DNA from: an uncultured Chloroflexia bacterium
Lineage (GTDB): Bacteria > Chloroflexota > Limnocylindria > Limnocylindrales > CSP1-4
Reading direction: 5' to 3'
Assembly (NCBI GenBank): GCA_963729175.1
Contig: CAVSMY010000010.1
Coordinates: forward strand, 491,262-555,261
DNA: 64,000 bases
Shown: positions 22,920 to 33,084 of the stretch, in pieces
Position numbering within the stretch: the first letter of the stretch is position 1
Layout of the letters: each line of letters opens with the position of its first letter
The notes under the pieces: model-generated
What the model was told of the DNA's origin: nothing
Seen by the model: only the letters and a program-made list of their open reading frames with translations
The model's database searches: none
Translations under genes and position numbers: made by a program

Positions 22920-22968
22920 GCCTCGCGGCCTCGCAGCCTCGCGGCCTTGCCGCCTCGCGGCCTCGCGG
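22920..22968. repeat. 8-bp tandem repeat GCCTCGCG x6 (imperfect)
   Basis: gcctcgcg gcctcgca gcctcgcg gccttgcc gcctcgcg gcctcgcg. Confidence 0.8.
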
Positions 22969-22990
22969 GGTCGTTGACTCCCCCTTGGGA

Positions 22991-25171
22991 CTACGCCGAG
23001 GGGCTCTCGCCGCCTCCGGGATCCCCGCCGCCGGCGGCCGCGCGGCGCGACTCGAGCTCAACGATCTTGTTCTGCGGATAGGCGATCCGCTGGTGGTACA
23101 TCCCGAGCAGCTGGGCGACGAACGCCTCGCGGATCCGGTCGACGTCACGGAGCGTCAGGTCGCACTCCTCGAACTGGCCGTCCGTCAGCCGCTCCGAGAT
23201 GATCCGCCCGACCATCGCCCGGATGGCCGCCTCGTCGCGGGACTCGAGCGACCGGACCGATGCCTCGACGCTGTCGGCGAGCATGAGGATCGCGGCCTCG
23301 CGCGTCTGCGGCTTCGGGCCGGCGTGTCGGAACTTCCGGGGATCGACGGCGTCGGCCGCCCGCCGACCGCCCTCGGTCTCGACCCCGCCCCACGGTGCCG
23401 CCGCCTCCTCGCGCGCCCGGGCGTAGAAGTAGCCCATGAGCATCGTGCCGTGGTGCTGCGGGATGAAGGCGATGAGTGTCTTGGGCAGGTGATAGCGGTA
23501 CGCCAGGTCGATGCCGTCGACGACGTGCTGCTTGACGACCTGGACGCTCACCTCGGGGTCGAGCTCGTCGTGGATGTTCTCGCCGCCAGCCTGGTTCTCG
23601 ATGAACGCGAGCGGGTTCGAGAGCTTCCCGATGTCGTGGTAGTAGGCGGCGACGCGGGCGAGCAGCGCATCCGCGCCGACCGCCTCGGCGGCGCGCTCGG
23701 CGAGGTTCCCGACCATCAGCGAGTGGTGGTAGGTGCCGGGCGTCTCGACGAGCAGCCGGCGCATCACCGGCTGTGACGGGTTCGCGAGCTCGAGCAGCTG
23801 GAAGACCGTGAGGATCCCGAACAGGTTCCCGAGGACGGCGAACGAGCCGACCGTGGCGATCGCGGCCCCGGCGGCCGATGCGATCGAGGCCGCCCAGAGC
23901 TGGAGGATGCCAGTCAGGTCGTGGTTCCCGAGCAGGGTGAACGCCGTCACGACCATCGCGTTCGTCAAGGCGACCGCGAGGCCCGCCTGGACGAAGACCT
24001 GGAGCCGGTCGCCACGGCGGATCGTGAGGATCCCGGCGAACCCGCCCAGGAAGACGTACATCGAGAGCTCGAGCGAGCCCGCGTTCACCGCGCCGGCGAG
24101 CAGCCCGAGGATCGCCATGAGGACGGTGGCAGCCCAGGCGTCGAGGAGGATCGCGACCAGCATCCCCGCGGCCGCCAGCGGCAGGAAGTACGGCAGGATC
24201 GACCGGCCCGCGGTGACCTGGAGCGCGAGCGCGCTGATCAGCAGGATCAGGGACACGAGCAGCAGGACGTTGTTGCGGTGCCAGAGGGTCGGTCTGAAGC
24301 GCCAGAAGAAGAGGACGAGCGGGGCGACGAGCAGCAGCGCCATCGCCACCCAGCCGAGGAGTCGGACGAGGTCCGGGCTCGCCTGGTCGAGACCGAGCTG
24401 CTGGACCTTCTCGACCTCGAGGGGCGTGACCCGCTCGCCCTTGCGGACGATCACCTCGTTCTTCGCGATCGAGACGCGGATGGGCGCGACGGCCGCCGCG
24501 GCAGAGGCTTTCGCCTGGTCGGTGAGCTCCTGGCTGAACGAGGAGTTCGGGATGAGCAGCGGCGCCGCGATCTCCGCGGCGAGGGTCCGCTCGGGCCCGG
24601 ACAGGCCGCCAGCCATGAGCGTGCTCAGGGTCGCTCGCGTGCCGGCCACGTCGGTGTCCCGCAGCTGGGCCCGCAGAAGCATGTCGAGGACCCGGGAGGA
24701 CTCCGCCCGGACGGCCGTCCAGCGATCCGGGCTGAGCGTCTGGAGCGTCGCGACCGAGGAGGACGAGAGCCCCGTGATCGCGTTCGCCAGGAGCGCCGAC
24801 CGCTCCTGCGGCGTGAGATCCGTGGAGGTGAATGCGGCGTCGGCGCCGAGCAGTCGGACCGTGAACGCGCGAGCCTGCTCGTCGGCGAGGGCCGCGGCGT
24901 CCTGGGGGTCGTAGTCGTATTGCGGACCGATGGCGTCCTCGGCGGACTGACGCGCGGCGTCGATCTGGACCTTGCTGTCGTAGTCCAGGGCGCGCGGCGC
25001 CGTGACGTCGGCCGGGGCAACCTGGTTGGCAGTCAGATCCACCCGAGTCGGGATCAGGTCGGTCGCGAGGATGGCGGCCAGCATCGCGACGAGCGCTGCG
25101 CTGACCATCGCGACCCGGACGCCGTCTCGACGGGTGAAGGCCCGGACCGGCGCGGTCCGCTGAGCGAGCAT
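22991..25171 (-). CDS. 7TM-HD phosphohydrolase (PgpH-like, HDIG)
   Basis: Extracellular domain, 7 TM, LLELANP, PGTYHHS, YYHDIGK, FIENQ, QHHGT, GPKPQTREAAILMLADSVEA. Confidence 0.93.
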   Translation of the reverse strand: MLAQRTAPVRAFTRRDGVRVAMVSAALVAMLAAILATDLIPTRVDLTANQVAPADVTAPRALDYDSKVQIDAARQSAEDAIGPQYDYDPQDAAALADEQARAFTVRLLGADAAFTSTDLTPQERSALLANAITGLSSSSVATLQTLSPDRWTAVRAESSRVLDMLLRAQLRDTDVAGTRATLSTLMAGGLSGPERTLAAEIAAPLLIPNSSFSQELTDQAKASAAAAVAPIRVSIAKNEVIVRKGERVTPLEVEKVQQLGLDQASPDLVRLLGWVAMALLLVAPLVLFFWRFRPTLWHRNNVLLLVSLILLISALALQVTAGRSILPYFLPLAAAGMLVAILLDAWAATVLMAILGLLAGAVNAGSLELSMYVFLGGFAGILTIRRGDRLQVFVQAGLAVALTNAMVVTAFTLLGNHDLTGILQLWAASIASAAGAAIATVGSFAVLGNLFGILTVFQLLELANPSQPVMRRLLVETPGTYHHSLMVGNLAERAAEAVGADALLARVAAYYHDIGKLSNPLAFIENQAGGENIHDELDPEVSVQVVKQHVVDGIDLAYRYHLPKTLIAFIPQHHGTMLMGYFYARAREEAAAPWGGVETEGGRRAADAVDPRKFRHAGPKPQTREAAILMLADSVEASVRSLESRDEAAIRAMVGRIISERLTDGQFEECDLTLRDVDRIREAFVAQLLGMYHQRIAYPQNKIVELESRRAAAGGGDPGGGESPSA

Positions 25172-25174
25172 CGG

Positions 25175-25672
25175 TCAGCCCTCTCCGCCGGCGGTCGTCG
25201 CCGCGACGTCGTGAGCCGTCAGGTCGGCGCGGGCGAGCGCCTGGGCGACCAGCCCGGAGACGACCTTGCCGTCGGCTCGGCCGCGGGTCCGGGGTGACAG
25301 CCAGCCCATCACCTTGCCTATGTCTCGAGCGGAAGACGCGCCGGTCGCGGCGATCGCCTCGTGGATGAGCGTGTCGATCTCGGCCTCGGTCAGGGGGGCG
25401 GGCATGAACCTGGCGAGGACGGCGATCTCGGCCTCTTCCTTCGAAGCGAGGTCCTCGCGTCCACCGGCCCGATAGGCTTCGACGGATTCGCGCCGCTGCT
25501 TCACCTCGCGCACGAGCACGGCCAGCGCCTCGTCGTCCGTGAGGGGACGGCGCTGGGTCTTCTCGGCGTTGTAGAGGGCGCTCGAGGCGAGCCGCAGCGT
25601 GTCGCGGGTGAACGCGTCACCCGACCGCATCGCGGCGGTCGTCTCGTCCTTGATCTGATCCTGAAGGGTCAC
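25175..25672 (-). CDS. yqeY: GatB/YqeY domain protein
   Basis: MTLQDQIKDETTAAMRSG...KQRRESVEAY...GREDLA...DIGKVMG...GRADGK. Confidence 0.93.
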   Translation of the reverse strand: MTLQDQIKDETTAAMRSGDAFTRDTLRLASSALYNAEKTQRRPLTDDEALAVLVREVKQRRESVEAYRAGGREDLASKEEAEIAVLARFMPAPLTEAEIDTLIHEAIAATGASSARDIGKVMGWLSPRTRGRADGKVVSGLVAQALARADLTAHDVAATTAGGEG

Positions 25673-25735
25673 CGGAGATTCCTCGGGCGGGGGCTGCGGT
25701 CCGGGACGCGCGACCCGGTCCACCCGTGGCGCGGA

Positions 25736-25918
25736 TCAGCCCTGCTGGCGAGCAGCCTTCTTGCGCTTCGCTTCCTTGCGCTTGCGCTTCACGCTCGGCT
25801 TCTCGTAGTGCTCGCGGCGACGAGCCTCTGCGAGGATGCCGCTCTGCTGGATCTTCTTGTTGAAGCGTCGCAGGGCGCTTTCGAAGGATTCGTTCTCACC
25901 GACTCGGACTTCGGCCAA
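25736..25918 (-). CDS. rpsU: 30S ribosomal protein bS21
   Basis: [10 protein letters not shown]...[14 protein letters not shown]; TTG start after AGGAGGT. Confidence 0.97.
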   Translation of the reverse strand: MAEVRVGENESFESALRRFNKKIQQSGILAEARRREHYEKPSVKRKRKEAKRKKAARQQG

Positions 25919-26118
25919 TCCGGATCCACCTCCTCGGGCGCTGGAGTCTGGCCCACGGGTCGCCGCTCGGGGCCCTCCGACGCGGTCCGCTTGTGCCGGT
26001 CCTCACGCTCACACGTGCACGGCCCGACAGGGCTGGCGGAGCATAGCGGCTGCCCTGAGCGGGGTCAAACGCAACGTGACGACCTCCAGGGCGTGGTTGC
26101 GCACGTACGATGACCCCG

Positions 26119-27819
26119 ATGTCCACCTCCTCCGATGCCCCTGCGACGCTCGTCGGTCTCCTCGAGCGGGCTGCCGGTCGCTACGGCGACCGGACCGCGC
26201 TTGGGATCCGACGCGATGACGGCTCGACCGACTCGTGGAGCTACCGGGAGCTCGAGCGACGGAGCCGGCTCGCGGCGTGGCGACTCCGTGCGCGAGGGCT
26301 CCAGACGGGCGACCGGCTCCTGACGTGGTCGCCCTCGTGCCCCGAGCTGCCGGCGACGTACTTCGGGGCGATGCGGGCAGGCCTGATCCTCGTCCCGCTC
26401 GACCTCCGGATGTCGCCCGACGCGATCCGCCGGATCGCCGAACGGTCCGAGGCGACACAGCTCGTCATCGGGACCGGTCGAGATGCGCCGGACCCCGCCG
26501 ACGCGGACCTCGACCGCCTCCCATACACCGACGTCGAGACGCTCACGGCGGAGCCGGACGACTCGTTCCCGGCCGACTGGGAGACCCAGCTGGCGGCCTG
26601 GCCACCGCCGCAGCCGACCGACACGTTCCTGCTCATCTACACCTCCGGCACCACAGGCGCGCCGAAGGGCGTGATGCTGGCCCATGACAACGTCCTGGCC
26701 GGCGTGGCCTCATTCGAGAAGGTGATCCCGCCGATGGACCACCGGATCGTCTCGCTCCTGCCCCTCTCGCACCTGTTCGAGCAGTCGGTCGGGCTGATGT
26801 TCGCGCTCGACCTCGGGGCGGACATCCTGTATGTCCGGAGCCGCAACCCGCGGGTGATCTTCGAGGCGATCCGGGACCACCGGACGACCTCGATGGTCGT
26901 CGTGCCGCAGGTCCTGGACCTCTTCTGGAGCGCGATCGAGCGGGAGGTCGCCAAGCAGGGCCGGACGAAGACGTTCGAGCGGCTGCGTCGGATCGCCCGT
27001 CGTCTGCCGATGGGCGCCCGGCGGGTCCTCTTCCGACGGGTCCATGCGCAGTTCGGCGGCGGTCTACGGCTGCTGGTCTCCGCCGGTGCCTTCCTGCCGC
27101 CATCGATCCAGCAGGCCTGGGAGGATCTGGGCGTCCTGGTGCTCCAGGGCTATGGCGCGACCGAGACGGGCTCCGGGACGGTCACGACTCCGCAGGACCA
27201 CGGCCTCGGGACGGTGGGGCGGCCGCTCCCCGGGGTCGAGATGCGGATCGTCGAAGACGGCGAGATCCAGTTCCGCGGTCCCTCGGTGACTCGAGGCTAC
27301 TGGGAGGACCCGGATGCGACGGCTGCGGCATTCACCGAGGACGGCTGGTACAGGACCGGTGACTTGGGCCATCTCGACGCGAAGGGCCGCGTCGTTCTCT
27401 CGGGGCGCAAGAAGGACATGATCGTCCTGCCCAACGGGCTCAATGTCTTCCCCGAGGACATCGAGAACGCCCTCCGGATCGCCGGCATCCGCGACTCCGT
27501 CGTGCTCGAGACGGAGCCGGGCCGGATCGAGGCGATCGTCCTTGCGCCTGCGGGTCCGGGGATGCCGGCGGCGGGTCGGTCGCGCTCGCTGGCGTCCGCG
27601 TTCGGCGACGGCGACGTATCGGTCGAGGCCGCCAAGGCCCGGATCGACGCCGCGGTCAAGGCCGCCAACGCCACCCTGGCAGTGCATGCGCGCGTCGCCG
27701 CCTGGCGCTTCTGGCCCGACGAGGACTTCCCGCGAACCCACACCCTCAAGATCAGGCGCGACCAGGTCCGGGCATGGGCGGCCGTCTCGGCGCCGCTCCA
27801 GGTGACGCAGGGCGCTTGA
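26119..27819 (+). CDS. AMP-binding long-chain acyl-CoA synthetase
   Basis: IYTSGTTGAPKGV, LPLSHLFE, QGYGATE, WYRTGDLG, GRKKDMIV. Confidence 0.92.
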   Translation: MSTSSDAPATLVGLLERAAGRYGDRTALGIRRDDGSTDSWSYRELERRSRLAAWRLRARGLQTGDRLLTWSPSCPELPATYFGAMRAGLILVPLDLRMSPDAIRRIAERSEATQLVIGTGRDAPDPADADLDRLPYTDVETLTAEPDDSFPADWETQLAAWPPPQPTDTFLLIYTSGTTGAPKGVMLAHDNVLAGVASFEKVIPPMDHRIVSLLPLSHLFEQSVGLMFALDLGADILYVRSRNPRVIFEAIRDHRTTSMVVVPQVLDLFWSAIEREVAKQGRTKTFERLRRIARRLPMGARRVLFRRVHAQFGGGLRLLVSAGAFLPPSIQQAWEDLGVLVLQGYGATETGSGTVTTPQDHGLGTVGRPLPGVEMRIVEDGEIQFRGPSVTRGYWEDPDATAAAFTEDGWYRTGDLGHLDAKGRVVLSGRKKDMIVLPNGLNVFPEDIENALRIAGIRDSVVLETEPGRIEAIVLAPAGPGMPAAGRSRSLASAFGDGDVSVEAAKARIDAAVKAANATLAVHARVAAWRFWPDEDFPRTHTLKIRRDQVRAWAAVSAPLQVTQGA

Positions 27820-28076
27820 GCCCGGTCGACGTGCCGCCGCGGGTCGGCGCAGGCACTGGCGCGGCCCACTTCTGTCAGATGCCACTCAGGCGATCACCGG
27901 TCAATGACCAGGTCTCGCGGACGGGCGGGCTGAGCGTGGTGCTCGTCGCGATCCTCGTCATTCGACCAGCATGCGGACGGCTGACAGGGATCCGCGGACG
28001 AACGATCACCAGATGGACGGATGACGGAAACCGGGCGCCTGCGACGCGAAACCGCGGGACGCGGCGCCGGTGCGGG

Positions 28077-28648
28077 TCAGCGGGTGATCGTGTAGCCCTG
28101 GCCGAGCGACCCGAGGGCCGTCTCGATCCGTGACTCGGCGTCCTGATCCGTGGCCGTCGACGGGGCCCAGACGTAGAACGCCAGGGCGGCGCCGATCTGG
28201 CGGAGCGAGTAGTGGGCGTCGGTCGGGAACTGGATGCTGCCCGGGCCGCTCGCGATGTAGGACGCGAACTCCTTCGCCGCCGCGGCAGCCGACCCTGAGT
28301 CGATGAACTCATACAGGACGATGAAACCCTGGTCCTCGGCGGTGGGCAGGATCGCCTGGACGACAGCGCGCGGCGCCGCGGAGACGAGCGGCGACTCGCC
28401 TGGGCGATACGGCACCTGCGCGTCCCGGAGCTGGTAGCCAGCCGCCGCGAGGGTGCCGGCCACTTCGTTCCGGGCGAGCTGGAGCGTCGCCGACCCGCTG
28501 GCGGGCGACGGGCTCGGCGACGGGGAGGGCAGGACGATCTGGCCGCCGGTGCACCGGCGACGGCGACGGCGACGATCGCCACCGTGAGGAGCGGCCCGAG
28601 CAGGCGCGCGCGTCGGATCAGGCGGGCGCGCACGACCGTCGACGTCAT
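28077..28648 (-). CDS. Putative lipoprotein (1-nt frameshift near 28553)
   Basis: ATG overlaps the HIT stop. Adding one G gives MTSTVVRARLIRRARLLGPLLTVAIVAVAVAG-C (lipobox) joined to TGGQIVLPSPSPSP... Span 572 nt = 3n-1. Confidence 0.7.
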
Positions 28649-29007
28649 CCGGGCGGCCAGGTGAACGACCGACCACCCATCAGGTGAACGTGGAGATGGT
28701 CGACCGTCTGTCCGCCCCAGCGGCCGACGTTCGAGACGAGCCGGTAGCCCGCATCGGCGATGCCCTCCGACCGGGCGATCTCGGCCGCAGCAGCGAACAG
28801 CCGGCCGACCATCGGCGCGTCGGCGTCGGTCAGGTCGGCCGCGGACGCGATGTGGGCCCGGGGCAGCAGCAGGATGTGCGTCGGCGCTCGCGGGTTGATG
28901 TCCCGGATCGCGATGACGAGATCGTCCTCGTGGACCTTCGTCGAGGGGATCTCCCCGGCGACGATGCGGCAGAACAGGCAATCGGACACGTCGGTCACGT
29001 CAGACAT
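28645..29007 (-). CDS. Histidine triad (HIT) protein
   Basis: CLFCRI, RDINPRAPTH, GQTVDHLHVHLMGGR. Confidence 0.96.
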   Translation of the reverse strand: MSDVTDVSDCLFCRIVAGEIPSTKVHEDDLVIAIRDINPRAPTHILLLPRAHIASAADLTDADAPMVGRLFAAAAEIARSEGIADAGYRLVSNVGRWGGQTVDHLHVHLMGGRSFTWPPG

Positions 29008-29037
29008 GGTGGCTCTCCGGGCTCGGTCGGGCGCCGC

Positions 29038-29499
29038 TCACCATAGCGCCGGCTTCGTCGACATGAGAAAGGCGATCAGGCCGATCGCGGTCGTGATCCC
29101 GTAGGCGAGGTAGCGCTGCCGTCGGGCGCTCTCGCGCCAGGCCTTCTGTTCCGCGTCGGTCTTGCCGCGCCCCCGGCCGAGGAGTCGCTGCAGCTCCGGC
29201 CGCTGGATCGCGTAGGCGACGATCGCGGTGACGGCATACAGGACCAGGGCGACCATGAGCCACGGCTGCTCGAGCAATTGCGGCCCGAGGACCGCGACCA
29301 TCGCGAGCCCGGTCGCCGCCAGCCCGATGCCGATGACGAACGTCCCGTGGGTCTGGAGCCACACGAGTCCGCGCACGAACCGGCTCGGCGGGCGCGTCGC
29401 ATCGCGCGACCGGAGCGTGAACGGCAGGATCAGGCTCGGGACGAGCAGGGCGATCGCCAGCGAGATGTGCGAGGCGAGAAGAAGGGGGAACAACGGCAT
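29038..29499 (-). CDS. Four-TM membrane protein (DUF2269-like)
   Basis: MPLFPLLLASHI...PWL...FLMSTKP; TACAAT 10 nt upstream. Confidence 0.75.
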   Translation of the reverse strand: MPLFPLLLASHISLAIALLVPSLILPFTLRSRDATRPPSRFVRGLVWLQTHGTFVIGIGLAATGLAMVAVLGPQLLEQPWLMVALVLYAVTAIVAYAIQRPELQRLLGRGRGKTDAEQKAWRESARRQRYLAYGITTAIGLIAFLMSTKPALW

Positions 29500-29566
29500 C
29501 GGCGCGGGGATTGTATCGGCGCCTTGCTGTCGCGCCGTGCGACGGCCCCGCCCGCCCATGGTTCGC

Positions 29567-30538
29567 TCAGCCGGGCCGCGCGACGAGCGCGACCCACTCC
29601 CCCTCCGACAAGCGCGTCTCCACGGTCAGCCCGGCCGCCGCGAAGGCCTCCGCGACCTCCGTCTCGCGGTCGACGAAGATCCCCGAGGCGACCAGCCGCG
29701 CACCGGGCGCGAGCTCACCGGCCAGATCCGCCGCGAGCACGACCAGGAGCGACGCGATGAGGTTCGCGAGCACGACATCGAACGAGCCCGCAGGGCCGCT
29801 CGGGAGCGACCCGGCGCGGGCCCGGAGCCGGCGGACGAGGTGGTTCCGCCGCGCGTTCGCGAGGGTCGACTCGACGGCGATCGGGTCGGTGTCGAGGCCC
29901 AGCACGTCCCGGGCACCGAGTCGGAGTGCGGCGATCCCGAGGATCCCTGACCCGCAGCCGACGTCGAGCGCCCGTGCCCCGCTGACCCGACCCGCGTCGG
30001 CGAGGTCCTCCAGGGCCATGAGGCACAGCCGCGTGGTCGGGTGGAGACCCGTGCCGAACGCCATCCCCGGGTCGAGGTCGAGGACGACGTCGTCGGGCCG
30101 GCGGCGATGCCGTCGCCAAGTCGGCCGGATGACGATCCGCCGCCCCACGCGCAGGACCGGGAAGTGGGCCTTCCAGGCCTCGGCCCAGTCCGACTCGAAG
30201 ACGACCCGCGACCGCAGCTCCCCGATGGGGCGGAGGCCGAACGCCTGGAGGTGTCCGAGGTCGCGCTCGACCTGCTCGGCCGCGCGGCGGGCGGCACCGG
30301 AGTCGCGCGCCGGCAGGTAGGCCCGGACGATCGCCGGTCGTGTGGGATCGAGCTTCGCGCCGAGGCCCTCGTCGACGAGCTCGAAGGCGGGCTCGACGGT
30401 CACGCCGCCCGGCGCGACCCGCGACAGGATCTCGCTCACGGCCTCGACCGCCTCGGGGTCCGCGTCGACCGCGAGCTCGAGCCAGGCGCCGTCGGCGGAC
30501 GTTCCGTCGGACGAGTCGTCGCCCGGCTCCGGGATCAC
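29567..30538 (-). CDS. prmA: Ribosomal protein L11 methyltransferase
   Basis: [35 protein letters not shown]; follows dnaJ. Confidence 0.96.
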   Translation of the reverse strand: MIPEPGDDSSDGTSADGAWLELAVDADPEAVEAVSEILSRVAPGGVTVEPAFELVDEGLGAKLDPTRPAIVRAYLPARDSGAARRAAEQVERDLGHLQAFGLRPIGELRSRVVFESDWAEAWKAHFPVLRVGRRIVIRPTWRRHRRRPDDVVLDLDPGMAFGTGLHPTTRLCLMALEDLADAGRVSGARALDVGCGSGILGIAALRLGARDVLGLDTDPIAVESTLANARRNHLVRRLRARAGSLPSGPAGSFDVVLANLIASLLVVLAADLAGELAPGARLVASGIFVDRETEVAEAFAAAGLTVETRLSEGEWVALVARPG

Positions 30539-31674
30539 CCCTTCTTCTTGGCCTTGCCGAACAGGCCGAGGATCCCGCCGCCGTCAAGGACCTCCTCGCC
30601 GGTCGCCCCCGCATAGGCCTCGAGTGCCTCCCGCTGGGCCTTGTCGAGCTTGGTCGGGACCGCGACGTCGACCATCACGTGGAGGTCTCCGCGGGCGTTC
30701 GCGCGTCGGAGGTGTGGGACCCCGCGACCGCGCAGCCGGATCTCGGTCCCGGGCTGCGTCCCGGGCTTGATCTCGACCTCCTCCTCGCCGTCGACGGTCG
30801 GGACCTTCACCCTCGTCCCGAGGGCGGCCTGGGCGAGGCCGACCGAGAGCTCATAGAACAGCTCGGTCCCCTCGCGCCTCAGGGACGGATGGGGCAGGAC
30901 GTGGACCGCGACATAGAGGCTGCCCGCGGGTCCGCCGCGGGGCCCGGGCTCGCCCTCGCTGGAGAGGCGGATCTGGTGGCCGTCGTCGATGCCGGCCGGG
31001 ATCGTCACCCGGAGGGTCCGCTTGCGCTCGGTCCGGCCGTCGCCCTTGCAGGTCTCGCAGGGCTGGTCGATGATCTTGCCTTCGCCATGGCAGCGCGGGC
31101 AGGCCGACACGTTGACCATCTGGCCGAGCATGGTCTGGCGGACCGAACGGACCTCGCCGCGGCCTTCGCACTGAGGACACGTCGAGGAGCTCGTCCCAGG
31201 CGCCGAGCCGCTGCCCTGGCAGGTGTCGCAGCGGCCGAGGGCTCGGAACTCGATCTCCTTCTCGGTCCCCTTGATGGCCTCCTCGAACGTGATCCGAAGG
31301 TCGTAACGGAGGTCGGAGCCGGCCGGCGGTCGGCCCCGTCGGGATGCGCCGCTGGCGCCAGCCGCACCGCCGAAGAAGGCATCGAAGATATCGCCGAGGC
31401 CGCCGAACCCGGAGAAGCCGTCGGCACCGCCCCCGGCATCCGCGCCACCCAGACCCGCCCGCCCGAACATGTCGTAGGCCTGGCGGCGCTGGGGATCGGA
31501 CAGGACCTGGTAGGCCTCGTTGATCTCCTTGAAGCGCGCCTGCGCCTCGGGCGTCGTGTTGACGTCCGGATGCCACTGCTGGGCGAGCTTGCGGAACGCC
31601 TTCTTGATCTCGGCGTCGCTCGCGCCGCGCTCGACCCCGAGCACGTCGTAATAGTCGGTCTCCACGGTGGCCAC
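30535..31674 (-). CDS. dnaJ: Chaperone DnaJ
   Basis: J domain with HPD, G/F region, four CxxCxGxG motifs. Confidence 0.98.
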   Translation of the reverse strand: MATVETDYYDVLGVERGASDAEIKKAFRKLAQQWHPDVNTTPEAQARFKEINEAYQVLSDPQRRQAYDMFGRAGLGGADAGGGADGFSGFGGLGDIFDAFFGGAAGASGASRRGRPPAGSDLRYDLRITFEEAIKGTEKEIEFRALGRCDTCQGSGSAPGTSSSTCPQCEGRGEVRSVRQTMLGQMVNVSACPRCHGEGKIIDQPCETCKGDGRTERKRTLRVTIPAGIDDGHQIRLSSEGEPGPRGGPAGSLYVAVHVLPHPSLRREGTELFYELSVGLAQAALGTRVKVPTVDGEEEVEIKPGTQPGTEIRLRGRGVPHLRRANARGDLHVMVDVAVPTKLDKAQREALEAYAGATGEEVLDGGGILGLFGKAKKKG

Positions 31675-31748
31675 GTCGCGATTCTACGGGAGCGGCCCGG
31701 CTGCGCCGACAGCTACCGCGTGGACCGCGAAAGACCGAGGATGGAGCG

Positions 31749-32219
31749 ATGACGACGCCTGCACCCGGTGGTGACCCGACGAGCCCCGAGGCGCTCCTCT
31801 CGGAGCTTCGGGCATCGACCGCCGAGGTCGCCACGATCGCCGCGGAGCTGGGGCCCGACGGCCGGGCTCGCCGGGCGGCGGCAGGCGAGTGGACCGTCCA
31901 GGAGACGCTCACCCACCTGGCCGCCTCCGAGCCGCCGTTCCGCCGTAGGCTCGACAGGATCCTCGAGGAGGACCACCCGTTCCTGCCGTGGTTCGGGCCG
32001 GACGTCGCCCGACCCGATACGGCGCTTCCGGCTGACGCGGTGACCTGCTTCGTGGCGGCCCGCGAGGATCTCGTCGCGTTCCTCGTCGCGCTGACGCCGG
32101 AGGGCTGGGCCCGGCCGGCGGTCCACGAGACGATGGGCCCGACGACGCTCGCGCTTCAGATCCGGAACATCCTCGACCACGACCACGAACATCTCGAGGA
32201 GCTCCGTCGATGCCGCTGA
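31749..32219 (+). CDS. DinB family protein
   Basis: GEWTVQETLTHL...HDHEHLEEL. Confidence 0.85.
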   Translation: MTTPAPGGDPTSPEALLSELRASTAEVATIAAELGPDGRARRAAAGEWTVQETLTHLAASEPPFRRRLDRILEEDHPFLPWFGPDVARPDTALPADAVTCFVAAREDLVAFLVALTPEGWARPAVHETMGPTTLALQIRNILDHDHEHLEELRRCR

Positions 32220-32238
32220 CCGGGAGGAGGCCGACCCG

Positions 32239-33066
32239 ATGACCGACGTTCCACGCCTGACCGTCGCCCTGACGTTCGACCACGACGCGATCTCCAATTC
32301 CGTCAGACGGGGCGATCCGCCGGTGAAGCTCTCGCATGGCGAGTTCGGCGCCCGCGTCGGCGTCCCGCGGATCCTCGAGCTCCTGGCCCGCGAGGACATC
32401 CCGGCCACCTGGTTCGCCCCGGGTCACTCGCTCGAGACGTTCCCGGAGACGGCTGCGGGGATCATCGCCGGCGGCCACGAGCTCGCCAGCCACGGCTGGT
32501 ACCACGAGGACTTCGCCGAGCTGTCGGTCGAAGAGCAGCGGGAGATCCTCGACCGCTCGGTCGCCCAGGTCCGCGATCTGACCGGAGCGCCGCCACAGGG
32601 GTTCCGCGCGCCGTACTGGTCACTGGGGGCCCAGACCCTCCAGCTCGTCGAGGCCGCCGGGTATCGCTACGACAGCTCGTTGATGGCCGACGACCACCGG
32701 CTCTATCTGGTCCGCCAGGGCGATCACCATTCGGTCGCCGAGGGCACGCGATGGGGACGCCAGGGCTCGATGGCGGAGGTGCCCATCTCCTGGACCCTCG
32801 ACGACTGGCCGTATTTCGAGCCCGGGCCGGGTCGCGACGGACTGTCGGCACCGTCCCGGGTGCTCGAGATCTGGACCGCCGAGCTCCGCTACGCCCACGC
32901 CCACTCGCCCGGCGGGCTGCTCACCGTGACGATGCACCCCGAGTGCATCGGCCGCGGTCACCGGATGGCGATGCTCGAGGCGTTCATCGCCGAGGCTCGG
33001 TCGCTGGAGGGCGTGGCCTTCGAGCGGCTCGACCGCGTCGTGGAGGCGTGGCTGGCCCGATCCTGA
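32239..33066 (+). CDS. Polysaccharide deacetylase family (PgdA/PuuE-like)
   Basis: LTFDHD, VGVPRIL, HELASHGWYH, GFRAP, YDSS, MHPECIGR. Confidence 0.9.
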   Translation: MTDVPRLTVALTFDHDAISNSVRRGDPPVKLSHGEFGARVGVPRILELLAREDIPATWFAPGHSLETFPETAAGIIAGGHELASHGWYHEDFAELSVEEQREILDRSVAQVRDLTGAPPQGFRAPYWSLGAQTLQLVEAAGYRYDSSLMADDHRLYLVRQGDHHSVAEGTRWGRQGSMAEVPISWTLDDWPYFEPGPGRDGLSAPSRVLEIWTAELRYAHAHSPGGLLTVTMHPECIGRGHRMAMLEAFIAEARSLEGVAFERLDRVVEAWLARS

Positions 33067-33084
33067 GCGGTCGCTCCGAGGAAC

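Noticed and set aside
32210-32242. Possible minigene bridge DinB to deacetylase (MPLTGRRPTR*)
   Set aside because: Strong GGAGG SD present and the start is not in a canonical overlap; plausibly chance
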